Assembly (NCBI GenBank): GCA_965235115.1
Contig: OZ249436.1
Coordinates: 25,360,001-25,424,000 of the forward strand
Direction: 5' to 3'
Length of the DNA: 64,000 nt
Source of the DNA: Laetmonice hystrix
Taxonomy: Eukaryota
In this document: positions 11,801-26,000 of the stretch, in pieces
Layout: every line of letters starts with the position of its first letter
Numbering within the stretch: the first letter of the stretch is position 1
Position numbers and translations under genes: made by a program
The notes under the pieces: model-generated
The model's database searches: none
Seen by the model: the letters and a program-made list of their open reading frames with translations, nothing else
Told to the model about the DNA's origin: nothing

Positions 11801-14800
11801 AAATAATCAACTAGCTTGAAAACTAGAATATAGCTTTGTTAAGCTAACAATCTACTCTCCCAGCGCCATCAACTCGCATACAGGCGTAAAAGCAAACGCA
11901 CTGCCCCATATAATGCTCCCAGCCTAAAACGATGTTGCAATTAATTTAAAATTAACAAGATGCACTAGTAATCCGATCCAAGCCTAATTACGTCATTGCT
12001 AGTTTCATAACCAAATCTTACAGAAAATACCCCACCCGCGCACATAACCTGAAAATATTCAACTTTTATCTCCAATGTATCCCTGTGCACCTAGTAGCAC
12101 CCAAGCGGGCCCAATTTTGACATTCCAACACAAATACCGCAAATACCCGCCTAATGGCACAAAAAACGTTCTACCCCGTTGCAAGTCACATTAGCTTGCT
12201 GCTTGTCGTAAAAAATGGTGCAGACCATTTCTAAAGTCACAGTACCCCACTCCCGGCCTAATATTACGTTTCAGTATCCATATACGCTGCAAGCGGCAGG
12301 AACTCGAATACAGGCCTAAAAGTAACCCCAGTCTAGCAATATCATACTCTCATGCCATATACGAGCTTGTAATTATCTTTAATTAATGGGCTCCGCAGCA
12401 CCAACCCACTGCATTAACATTTGTTTAACAGCTTAACGCACCTTGTAAAAATTTTTCAAGTGCGTAAAAATGCGTGTCCACCTCCACATACTTTAAAAAT
12501 CACTATACCCACCCAGCGACATTCACTCTAATACACGCCTAAGAGGAACTTCACTGTCCCATTTGATTCTCCAGCACGTATAGGATGTTTCAAGTAACAT
12601 TTATCCACGGTCTGGCCCAATAACGTGCAACAAGGCATAGTAAGTCAATGCGACCTCGCATGTCAAACCTAACCCGCCCCCCAGCACATGAGCTGGAGAT
12701 ATTCAAATAGCTTGAAAACTAGAATATAGCTTTGCTTAATACCATTATACCATCAACTCGCATTACAGGCCTAATGCGAAGCTCCCAGCCTAAAACGAGT
12801 TTCCAATTAATTTAAAGTTAACAAGATGCACTAATAATCGATTCCAAGCCTAATTAGGCCATTGCTAGTTGGATAACCAAATCTCATACAAAATACACCC
12901 TCCCGGCAGATGACCTGAGAATATTCAACTCTTATGTCCGATATATCCCTGTCCGCTTAGTAGCACCCAGCCGGGCCCCCATTTTGACATTGCAACACCA
13001 ATACAGCAAGTGCCCAGCTAACAGCACAAATAACAGGATTCAGGGCTTCCTACCACGTTACAAGTCACAATAGATTGCTGCCTGTCGTAAAAATATACCA
13101 GACCATTTTAAAAAGTCACAGAACCCCAATCCGGCCCTAATATGTCACTCCCAGTACCAATAGACGCTGGAAGCACCATCAACTGAAATTCAGGCCTAGA
13201 ACCCACCTCTCTCTACAAATATCATGCACCTAGTCCGTATACGAGGTTGTAATTTACTTTAATCAACGGGCTGCGCCGCAGCAACCCACTCTGGTCTTTG
13301 CAATCTTTTTCAATATGCGTTAACATTTGTGACCAGCTCAACGCGCCTTGTAAAATTTTTCAAAGTGCGTAAAAGTGTGTGTCCACCCCGACACGCTTTC
13401 CAAACCACTATACCCACTGAGCGACATCCACTCAAATACAGGCTTCGACCGATCCTCACTGTGCCAATAATTTGCCACAAGGCAAATTCAGTAAATGCAA
13501 GCTGGAAAATCGAATGTCAAACCTAATGCTCCCCCCCCCCAGCACGTTAACTGAAAATAATCAACTAGCTTGAAAACTAGAATATAGCTTTGTTTAGCTA
13601 ACAATCTACTCTCCCAGCGCCATCAACTCGCATACAGGCGTAAAAGCAAACGCACTGCCCCATATAATGCTCCCAGCCTAAAACGATGTTGCAATTAATT
13701 TAAAATTAACAAGATGCACTAGTAATCCGATCCAAGCCTAATTACGTCATTGCTAGTTTCATAACCAAATCTCACAGAAAATACCCCACCCGCGCACATA
13801 ACCTAAAAATATTCAACTTTTATCTCCAATGTATCCCTGTGCACCTAGTAGCACCCAAGCGGGCCCAATTTTGACATTCCAACACAAATACCGCAAATAC
13901 CCGCCTAATGGCACAAAAAACTTTCTACCCCGTTGCAAGTCACATTAGCTTGCTGCTTGTCGTAAAAAATGGTGCAGACCATTTCTAAAGTCACAGTACC
14001 CAACTCTCGGCCTAATATTACGTTTCAGTATCCATATACGCTGCAAGCGGCAAGAACTCGAATACAGGCCTAAAAGTAACCCCAGTCTAGCAATATCATA
14101 CTCTCATGCCATATACGAGCTTGTAATTATCTTTAATTAATGGGCTCCGCAGCACCAACCCACTGCATTAACATTTGTTTAACAGCTTAACGCACCTTGT
14201 AAAAAATTTTCAAGTGCGTAAAAATGCGTGTCCACCTCCACATACTTTAAAAATCACTATACCCACCCAGCGACATTCACTCTAATACACGCCTAAGAGG
14301 AACTTCACCGTCCCATTTGATTCTCCAGCACGTATAGGATGTTTCAAGTAACATTCATCCACGGTCTGGCCCAATAACGTGCAACAAGGCATAGTAAGTC
14401 AATGCGAGCTCGCATGTCAAACCTAACCCGCCCCCCAGCACATGAGCTGAAAATATTCAAATAGCTTGAAAACTAGAATATAGCTTTGCTTAATACCATT
14501 ATACCATCAACTCGCATTACAGGCCTAATGCGAAGCTCCCAGCCTAAAACGAGTTTCCAATTAATTTAAAGTTAACAAGATGCACTAATAATCGATTCCA
14601 AGCCTAATTAGGCCATTGCTAGTTGGATAACCAAATCTCATACAAAATACACCCTCCCGGCAGATGACCTGAGAATATTCAACTCTTATGTCCGATATAT
14701 CCCTGTCCGCTTAGTAGCACCCAGCCGGGCCCCCATTTTGACATTGCAACACCAATACAGCAAGTGCCCAGCTAACAGCACAAATAACAGGATTCAGGGC

Positions 14801-16486
14801 TTCCTACCACGTTACAAGTCACAATAGATTGCTGCCTGTCGTAAAAATATACCAGACCATTTTAAAAAGTCACAGAACCCTAATCCGGCCCTAATATGTC
14901 ACTCCCAGTACCAATACACTCTGGAAGCACCATCAACTGAAATTCAGGCCTAGAACCAAACCTCTCTCTACCAATATCATGCACCTAGTCCGTATACGAG
15001 GTTGTAATTTACTTTAATCAACGGGCTGCGCCGCAGCAACCCACTCTGGTCTTTGCAATCTTTTTCAATATGCGTTAACATTTGTAACCAGCTCAACGCG
15101 CCTTGTAAAATTTTTCAAAGTGCGTAAAAGTGTGTGTCCACCCCGACACGCTTTCCAAACCACTATACCCACCGAGCGACATCCACTCAAATACAGGCTT
15201 CGACCGATCCTCACTGTGCCAATAATCCGCCACAAGGCAAATTCAGTCAATGCAAGCTGGAAAATCGAATGTCAAACCTAATACTCCCCCCCCCCAGCAC
15301 GTTAACTGAAAATAATCAACAAGCTTGAAAACTAGAATATAGCTTTGTTTAGCTAACAATCTACTCTCCCAGCGCCATCAACTCGCATACAGGCGTAAAA
15401 GCAAACGCACTGCCCCATATAATGCTCCCAGCCTAAAACGATGTTGCAATTAATTTAAAATTAACAAGATGCACTAGTAATCCGATCCAAGCTTAATTAC
15501 GTCATTGCTAGTTTCATAACCAAATCTCACAGAAAATACCCCACCCGGGCACATAACCTGAAAATATTCAACTTTTATCTCCAATGTATCCCTGTGCACC
15601 TAGTAGCACCCAAGCGGGCCCAATTTTGACATCCCAACACAAATACCGCAAATACCCGCCTAATGGCACAAAAAACTTTCTACCCCGTTGCAAGTCACAT
15701 TAGCGTGCTGCTTGTCGTAAAAAATGGTGCAGACCATTTCTAAAGTCACAGTACCCCACTCCCGGCCTAATATTACGTTTCAGTATCCATATACGCTGCA
15801 AGCGGCAGGAACTCGAATACAGGCCTAAAAGTAACCCCAGTCTAGCAATATCATACTCTCATGCCATATACGAGCTTGTAATTATCTTTAATTAATGGGC
15901 TCCGCAGCACCAACCCACTGCATTAACATTTGTTTAACAGCTTAACGCACCTTGTAAAAAATTTTCAAGTGCGTAAAAATGCGTGTCCACCTCCACATAC
16001 TTTAAAAATCACTATACCCACCCAGCGACATTCACTCTAATACACGCCTAAGAGGAACTTCACTGTCCCATTTGATTCTCCAGCACGTATAGGATGTTTC
16101 AAGTAACATTCATCCACGGTCTGGCCCAATAACGTGCAACAAGGCATAGTAAGTCAATGCGACCTCGCATGTCAAACCTAACCCGCCCCCCCCAGCACAT
16201 GAGCTGAAAATATTCAAATAGCGTGAAAACTAGAATATAGCTTTGCTTAATACCATTATACCATCAACTCGCATTACAGGCCTAATGCGAAGCTCCCAGC
16301 CTAAAACGAGTTTCCAATTAATTTAAAGTTAACAAGATGCACTAATAATCGATTCCAAGCCTAATTAGGCCATTGCTGGTTGGATAACCAAATCTCATAC
16401 AAAATACACCCTCCCGGCAGATGACCTGAGAATATTCAACTCTTATGTCCGATATATCCCTGTCCGCTTTGTAGCACCCAGCCGGA

Positions 16487-17030
16487 TGTAAGGTCATGAT
16501 GTTCTGCAATATATTTAATGCTTCATTCTGTACTTTCATAATATTTCATTTTAACTATATATGTAAGACTTTATATAAGATACTAGAGAGTTGTAACAGA
16601 CAAACATGTATTACTTTTATAGAGGTGGATTTTATTTCATTTAGTTTCACTAACGTTCTATATAATGTGGCAAAGAATATATTTTAGTTAGTTTCACTGA
16701 GTATTGTATAATGTACTAGAACAATAGAAATAAATGTTATCATAACTCATGAGATAGGATACTGCGACAAGGTCAAGGATATTATATGCGTCAAATTAGT
16801 CTTGCTCTGTAATATTTCCACTCCTTATATGGATATGTCTGTGTCGGTGTGCCCGTGTGATATGGTATGACATGGCCACATACTTCTCTGTCAAGCTTTC
16901 TAGATAAATAAACGCTGGGCAGACGAGGGGCGCACTCGCCATTTCTATCTCTCTGCTTCAAGTACAACTTTAGTTATTTTTAATGACTCTATGTAAGTTT
17001 GCGGTGTACCGGGCAACCGTAGACTTTACA
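16487..17030 (+). mobile_element. Solo LTR of an LTR retrotransposon (544 bp), possibly Ty3/Gypsy
   Basis: Non-satellite insert with TGTAAGGTC...GACTTTACA termini (8/9 inverted match, TG...CA). Flanks CGGA/CGGG versus a single CGGG in empty units give a 4-bp TSD with one mismatch. AATAAA at 16907-16912. No internal coding region. Strand is inferred from AATAAA only. Confidence 0.85.
16907..16912 (+). promoter_or_regulatory. Putative polyadenylation signal in the LTR
   Basis: AATAAA ~120 bp upstream of the terminal CA, the usual position in an LTR; the insert is AT-rich, so chance is possible. Confidence 0.5.
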
Positions 17031-20000
17031 CGGGCCCCCATTTTAACATTGCAACACCAATACAGCAAGTGCCCAGCTAACAGCACAAATAACAGGATTC
17101 AGGGCTTCCTACCACGTTACAAGTCACAATAGATTGCTGCCTGTCGTAAAAATATACCAGACCATTTTAAAAAGTCACAGAACCCCAATCCGGCCCTAAT
17201 ATGTCACTCCCAGTACCAATAGACGCTGGAAGCACCATCAACTGAAATTCAGGCCTAGAACCCACCTCTCTCTACCAATATCATGCACCTAGTCCGTATA
17301 CGAGGTTGTAATTTACTTTAATCAACGGGCTGCGCCGCAGCAACCCACTCTGGTCTTTGCAATCTTTTTCAATATGCGTTAACATTTGTGACCAGCTCAA
17401 CGCGCCTTGTAAAATTTTTCAAAGTGTGTAAAAGTGTGTGTCCACCCCGACACGCTTTCCAAACCACTATACCCACCGAGCGACATCCACTCAAATACAG
17501 GCTTCGACCGATCCTCACTGTGCCAATAATCCGCCACAAGGCAAATTCAGTCAATGCAAGCTGGAAAATCGAATGTCAAACCTAATGCTCCCCCCCCCCC
17601 CAGCACGTTAACTGAAAATAATCAACTAGCTTGAAAACTAGAATATAGCTTTGTTTAGCTAACAATCTACTCTCCCAGCGCCATCAACTCGCATACAGGC
17701 GTAAAAGCAAACGCACTGCCCCATATAATGCTCCCAGCCTAAAACGATGTTGCAATTAATTTAAAATTAACAAGATGCACTAGTAATCCGATCCAAGCCT
17801 AATTACGTCATTGCTAGTTTCATAACCAAATCTCACAGAAAATACCCCACCCGCGCACATAACCTGAAAATATTCAACTTTTATCTCCAATGTATCCCTG
17901 TGCACCTAGTAGCACCCAAGCGGGCCCAATTTTGACATTCCAACACAAATACCGCAAATACCCGCCTAATGGCACAAAAAACTTTCTACCCCGTTGCAAG
18001 TCACATTAGCTTGCTGCTTGTCGTAAAAAATGGTGCAGACCATTTCTAAAGTCACAGTACCCCACTCCCGGCCTAATATTACGTTTCAGTATCCATATAC
18101 GCTGCAAGCGGCAGGAACTCGAATACAGGCCTAAAAGTAACCCCAGTCTAGCAATATCATACTCTCATGCCATATACGAGCTTGTAATTATCTTTAATTA
18201 ATGGGCTCCGCAGCACCAACCCACTGCATTAACATTTGTTTAACAGCTTAACGCACCTTGTAAAAAATTTTCAAGTGCGTAAAAATGCGTGTCCACCTCC
18301 ACATACTTTAAAAATCACTATACCCACCCAGCGACATTCACTCTAATACACGCCTACGAGGAACTTCACTGTCCCATTTGATTCTCCAGCACGTATAGGA
18401 TGTTTTAAGTAACATTCATCCACGGTCTGGCCCAATAACGTGCAACAAGGCATAGTAAGTCAATGCGACCTCGCATGTCAAACCTAACCCGCCCCCCAGC
18501 ACATGAGCTGAAAATATTCAAATAGCGTGAAAACTAGAATATAGCTTTGCTTAATACCATTATACCATCAACTCGCATTACAGGCCTAATGCGAAGCTCC
18601 CAGCCTAAAACGAGTTTCCAATTAATTTAAAGTTAACAAGATGCACTAATAATCGATTCCAAGCCTAATTAGGCCATTGCTAGTTGGATAACCAAATCTC
18701 ATACAAAATACACCCTCCCGGCAGATGACCTGAGAATATTCAACTCTTATGTCCGATATATCCCTGTCCGCTTTGTAGCACCCAGCCGGGCCCCCATTTT
18801 GACATTGCAACACCAATACAGCAAGTGCCCAGCTAACAGCACAAATAACAGGATTCAGGGCTTCCTACCACGTTACAAGTCACAATAGATTGCTGCCTGT
18901 CGTAAAAATATACCAGACCATTTTAAAAAGTCACAGAACCCCAATCCGGCCCTAATATGTCACTCCCAGTACCAATACACTCTGTAAGCACCATCAACTG
19001 AAATTCAGGCCTAGAACCCACCTCTCTCTACCAATATCATGCACCTAGTCCGTATACGAGGTTGTAATTTCCTTTAATCAACGGGCTGCGCCGCAGCAAC
19101 CCACTCTGGTCTTTGCAATCTTTTTCAATATGCGTTAACATTTGTGACCAGCTCAACGCGCCTTGTAAAATTTTTCAAAGTGCGTAAAAGTGTGTGTCCA
19201 CCCCGACACGCTTTCCAAACCACTATACCCACCGAGCGACATCCACTCAAATACAGGCTTCGACCGATCCTCACTGTGCCAATAATCCGCCACAAGGCAA
19301 ATTCAGTCAATGCAAGCTGGAAAATCGAATGTCAAACCTAATGCTCCCCCCCCCCAAGCACGTTAACTGAAAATAATCAACTAGCTTGAAAACTAGAATA
19401 TAGCTTTGTTTAGCTAACAATCTACTCTCCCAGCGCCATCAACTCGCATACAGGCGTAAAAGCAAACGCACTGCCCCATATAATGCTCCCAGCCTAAAAC
19501 GATGTTGCAATTAATTTAAAATTAACAAGATGCACTAGTAATCCGATCCAAGCCTAATTACGTCATTGCTAGTTTCATAACCAAATCTCACAGAAAATAC
19601 CCCACCCGCGCACATAACCTGAAAATATTCAACTTTTATCTCCAATGTATCCCTGTGCACCTAGTAGCACCCAAGCGGGCCCAATTTTGACATTCCAACA
19701 CAAATACCGCAAATACCCGCCTAATGGCACAAAAAACTTTCTACCCCGTTGCAAGTCACATTAGCTTGCTGCTTGTCGTAAAAAATGGTGCAGACCATTT
19801 CTAAAGTCACAGTACCCCACTCCCGGCCTAATATTACGTTTCAGTATCCATATACGCTGCAAGCGGCAGGAACTCGAATACAGGCCTAAAAGTAACCCCA
19901 GTCTAGCAATATCATACTCTCATGCCATATACGAGCTTGTAATTATCTTTAATTAATGGGCTCCGCAGCACCAACCCACTGCATTAACATTTGTTTAACA

Positions 20001-23000
20001 GCTTAACGCACCTTGTAAAAAATGTTCAAGTGCGTAAAAATGCGTGTCCACCTCCACATACTTTAAAAATCACTATACCCACCCAGCGACATTCACTCTA
20101 ATACACGCCTAAGAGGAACTTCACTGTCCCATTTGATTCTCCAGCACGTATAGGATGTTTCAAGTAACATTCATCCACGGTCTGGCCCAATAACGTGCAA
20201 CAAGGCATAGTAAGTCAATGCGAGCTCGCATGTCAAACCTAACCCGCCCCCCAGCACATGAGCTGAAAATATTCAAATAGCTTGAAAACTAGAATATAGC
20301 TTTGCTTAATACCATTATACCATCAACTCGCATTACAGGCCTAATGCGAAGCTCCCAGCCTAAAACGAGTTTCCAATTAATTTAAAGTTAACAAGATGCA
20401 CTAATAATCGATTCCAAGCCTAATTAGGCCATTGCTAGTTGGATAACCAAATCTCATACAAAATACACCCTCCCGGCAGATGACCTGAGAATATTCAACT
20501 CTTATGTCCGATATATCCCTGTCCGCTTAGTAGCATCCAGCCGGGCCCCCATTTTGACATTGCAACACCAATACAGCAAGTGCCCAGCTAACAGCACAAA
20601 TAACAGGATTCAGGGCTTCCTCCACGTTACAAGTCACAATAGATTGCTGCCTGTCGTAAAAATATACCAGACCATTTTAAAAAGTCACAGGACCCCAATC
20701 CGGCCCTAATATGTCACTCCCAGTACCAATACACGCTGGAAGCACCATCAACTGAAATTCAGGCCTAGAACCCACCTCTCTCTACCAATATCATGCACCT
20801 AGTCCGTATACGAGGTTGTAATTTACTTTAATCAACGGGCTGCGCCGCAGCAACCCACTCTGGTCTTTGCAATCTTTTTCAATATGCGTTAACATTTGTA
20901 ACCAGCTCAACGCGCCTTGTAAAATTTTTCAAAGTGCGTAAAAGTGTGTGTCCACCCCGACACGCTTTCCAAACCACTATACCCACCGAGCGACATCCAC
21001 TCAAATACAGGCTTCGACCGATCCTCACTGTGCCAATAATCCGCCACAAGGCAAATTCAGTCAATGCAAGCTGGAAAATCGAATGTCAAACCTAATGCTC
21101 CCCCCCAGCACGTTAACTGAAAATAATCAACTAGCTTGAAAACTAGAATATAGCTTTGTTAAGCTAACAATCTACTCTCCCAGCGCCATCAACTCGCATA
21201 CAGGCGTAAAAGCAAACGCACTGCCCCATATAATGCTCCCAGCCTAAAACGATGTTGCAATTAATTTAAAATTAACAAGATGCACTAGTAATCCGATCCA
21301 AGCCTAATTACGTCATTGCTAGTTTCATAACCAAATCTTACAGAAAATACCCCACCCGCGCACATAACCTGAAAATATTCAACTTTTATCTCCAATGTAT
21401 CCCTGTGCACCTAGTAGCACCCAAGCGGGCCCAATTTTGACATTCCAACACAAATACCGCAAATACCCGCCTAATGGCACAAAAAACTTTCTACCCCGTT
21501 GCAAGTCACATTAGCTTGCTGCTTGTCGTAAAAAATGGTGCAGACCATTTCTAAAGTCACACTACCCCACTCCCGGCCTAATATTACGTTTCAGTATCCA
21601 TATACGCTGCAAGCGGCAGGAACTCGAATACAGGCCTAAAAGTAACCCCAGTCTAGCAATATCATACTCTCATGCCATATACGAGCTTGTAATTATCTTT
21701 AATTAATGGGCTCCGCAGCACCAACCCACTGCATTAACATTTGTTTAACAGCTTAACGCACCTTGTAAAAAATGTTCAAGTGCGTAAAAATGCGTGTCCA
21801 CCTCCACATACTTTAAAAATCACTATACCCACCCAGCGACATTCACTCTAATACACGCCTAAGAGGAACTTCACTGTCCCATTTGATTCTCCAGCACGTA
21901 TAGGATGTTTCAAGTAACATTCATCCACGGTCTGGCCCAATAACGTGCAACAAGGCATAGTAAGTCAATGCGAGCTCGCATGTCAAACCTAACCCGCCCC
22001 CCAGCACATGAGCTGAAAATATTCAAATAGCTTGAAAACTAGAATATAGCTTTGCTTAATACCATTATACCATCAACTCGCATTACAGGCCTAATGCGAA
22101 GCTCCCAGCCTAAAACGAGTTTCCAATTAATTTAAAGTTAACAAGATGCACTAATAATCGATTCCAAGCCTAATTAGGCCATTGCTAGTTGGATAACCAA
22201 ATCTCATACAAAATACACCCTCCCGGCAGATGACCTGAGAATATTCAACTCTTATGTCCGATATATCCCTGTCCGCTTAGTAGCATCCAGCCGGGCCCCC
22301 ATTTTGACATTGCAACACCAATACAGCAAGTGCCCAGCTAACAGCACAAATAACAGGATTCAGGGCTTCCTCCACGTTACAAGTCACAATAGATTGCTGC
22401 CTGTCGTAAAAATATACCAGACCATTTTAAAAAGTCACAGGACCCCAATCCGGCCCTAATATGTCACTCCCAGTACCAATACACGCTGGAAGCACCATCA
22501 ACTGAAATTCAGGCCTAGAACCCACCTCTCTCTACCAATATCATGCACCTAGTCCGTATACGAGGTTGTAATTTACTTTAATCAACGGGCTGCGCCGCAG
22601 CAACCCACTCTGGTCTTTGCAATCTTTTTCAATATGCGTTAACATTTGTAACCAGCTCAACGCGCCTTGTAAAATTTTTCAAAGTGCGTAAAAGTGTGTG
22701 TCCACCCCGACACGCTTTCCAAACCACTATACCCACCGAGCGACATCCACTCAAATACAGGCTTCGACCGATCCTCACTGTGCCAATAATCCGCCACAAG
22801 GCAAATTCAGTCAATGCAAGCTGGAAAATCGAATGTCAAACCTAATGCTCCCCCCCAGCACGTTAACTGAAAATAATCAACTAGCTTGAAAACTAGAATA
22901 TAGCTTTGTTAAGCTAACAATCTACTCTCCCAGCGCCATCAACTCGCATACAGGCGTAAAAGCAAACGCACTGCCCCATATAATGCTCCCAGCCTAAAAC

Positions 23001-26000
23001 GATGTTGCAATTAATTTAAAATTAACAAGATGCACTAGTAATCCGATCCAAGCCTAATTACGTCATTGCTAGTTTCATAACCAAATCTTACAGAAAATAC
23101 CCCACCCGCGCACATAACCTGAAAATATTCAACTTTTATCTCCAATGTATCCCTGTGCACCTAGTAGCACCCAAGCGGGCCCAATTTTGACATTCCAACA
23201 CAAATACCGCAAATACCCGCCTAATGGCACAAAAAACTTTCTACCCCGTTGCAAGTCACATTAGCTTGCTGCTTGTCGTAAAAAATGGTGCAGACCATTT
23301 CTAAAGTCACACTACCCCACTCCCGGCCTAATATTACGTTTCAGTATCCATATACGCTGCAAGCGGCAGGAACTCGAATACAGGCCTAAAAGTAACCCCA
23401 GTCTAGCAATATCATACTCTCATGCCATATACGAGCTTGTAATTATCTTTAATTAATGGGCTCCGCAGCACCAACCCACTGCATTAACATTTGTTTAACA
23501 GCTTAACGCACCTTGTAAAAAATGTTCAAGTGCGTAAAAATGCGTGTCCACCTCCACATACTTTAAAAATCACTATACCCACCCAGCGACATTCACTCTA
23601 ATACACGCCTAAGAGGAACTTCACTGTCCCATTTGATTCTCCAGCACGTATAGGATGTTTCAAGTAACATTCATCCACGGTCTGGCCCAATAACGTGCAA
23701 CAAGGCATAGTAAGTCAATGCGAGCTCGCATGTCAAACCTAACCCGCCCCCCAGCACATGAGCTGAAAATATTCAAATAGCTTGAAAACTAGAATATAGC
23801 TTTGCTTAATACCATTATACCATCAACTCGCATTACAGGCCTAATGCGAAGCTCCCAGCCTAAAACGAGTTTCCAATTAATTTAAAGTTAACAAGATGCA
23901 CTAATAATCGATTCCAAGCCTAATTAGGCCATTGCTAGTTGGATAACCAAATCTCATACAAAATACACCCTCCCGGCAGATGACCTGAGAATATTCAACT
24001 CTTATGTCCGATATATCCCTGTCCGCTTAGTAGCATCCAGCCGGGCCCCCATTTTGACATTGCAACACCAATACAGCAAGTGCCCAGCTAACAGCACAAA
24101 TAACAGGGCTTCCTACCACGTTACAAGTCACAATAGATTGCTGCCTGTCGTAAAAATATACCAGACCATTTTAAAAAGTCACAGAACCCCAATCCGGCCC
24201 TAATATGTCACTCCCAGTACCAATACACTCTGGAAGCACCATCAACTGAAATTCAGGCCTAGAACCCACCTCTCTCTACCAATATCATGCACCTAGTCCG
24301 TATACGAGGTTGTAATTTCCTTTAATCAACGGGCTGCGCCGCAGCAACCCACTCTGGTCTTTGCAATCTTTTTCAATATGCGTTAACATTTGTAACCAGC
24401 TCAACGCGCCTTGTAAAATTTTTCAAAGTGCGTAAAAGTGTGTGTCCACCCCGACACGCTTTCCAAACCACTATACCCACCGAGCGACATCCACTCAAAT
24501 ACAGGCTTCGACCGATCCTCACTGTGCCAATAATCCGCCACAAGGCAAATTCAGTCAATGCAAGCTGGAAAATCGAATGTCAAACCTAATACTCCCCCCC
24601 CAGCACGTTAACTGAAAATAATCAACTAGCTTGAAAACTAGAATATAGCTTTGTTTAGCTAACAATCTACTCTCCCAGCGCCATCAACTCGCATACAGGC
24701 GTAAAAGCAAACGCACTGCCCCATATAATGCTCCCAGCCTAAAACGATGTTGCAATTAATTTAAAATTAACAAGATGCACTAGTAATCCGATCCAAGCTT
24801 AATTACGTCATTGCTAGTTTCATAACCAAATCTCACAGAAAATACCCCACCCGGGCACATAACCTGAAAATATTCAACTTTTATCTCCAATGTATCCCTG
24901 TGCACCTAGTAGCACCCAAGCGGGCCCAATTTTGACATCCCAACACAAATACCGCAAATACCCGCCTAATGGCACAAAAAAATTTCTACCCCGTTGCAAG
25001 TCACATTAGCGTGCTGCTTGTCGTAAAAAATGGTGCAGACCATTTCTAAAGTCACAGTACCCCACTCCCGGCCTAATATTACGTTTCAGTATCCATATAC
25101 GCTGCAAGCGGCAGGAACTCGAATACAGGCCTAAAAGTAACCTCAGTCTAGCAATATCATACTCCCATGCCATATACGAGCTTGTAATTATCTTTAATTA
25201 ATGGGCTCCGCAGCACCAACCCACTGCATTAACATTTGTTTAACAGCTTAACGCACCTTGTAAAATTTTTTCAAGTGCGTAAAAATGCGTGTCCACCTCC
25301 ACATACTTTAAAAATCACTATACCCACCCAGCGACATTCACTCTAATACACGCCTAAAAGGAACTTCACTGTCCCATTTGATTCTCCAGCACGTATAGGA
25401 TGTTTCAAGTAACATTCATCCACGGTCTGGCCCAATAACGTGCAACAAGGCATAGTAAGTCAATGCGAGCTCGCATGTCAAACCTAACCCGCCCCCCAGC
25501 ACATGAGCTGAAAATATTCAAATAGCTTGAAAACTAGAATATAGCTTTGCTTAATACCATTATACCATCAACTCGCATTACAGGCCTAATGCGAAGCTCC
25601 CAGCCTAAAACGAGTTTCCAATTAATTTAAAGTTAACAACATGCACTAATAATCGATTCCAAGCCTAATTAGGCCATTGCTAGTTGGATAACCAAATCTC
25701 ATACAAAATACACCCTCCCGGCAGATGACCTGAGAATATTCAACTCTTATGTCCGATATATCCCTGTCCGCTTAGTAGCATCCAGCCGGGCCCCCATTTT
25801 GACATTGCAACACCAATACAGCAAGTGCCCAGCTAACAGCACAAATAACAGGATTCAGGGCTTCCTCCACGTTACAAGTCACAATAGATTGCTGCCTGTC
25901 GTAAAAATATACCAGACCATTTTAAAAAGTCACAGGACCCCAATCCGGCCCTAATATGTCACTCCCAGTACCAATACACGCTGGAAGCACCATCAACTGA

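Noticed and set aside
16342..16687. ORFs 16342-16539 (-) and 16496-16687 (+) as retrotransposon genes
   Set aside because: Short AT-rich ORFs crossing or inside the LTR, with no gag/pol motifs.
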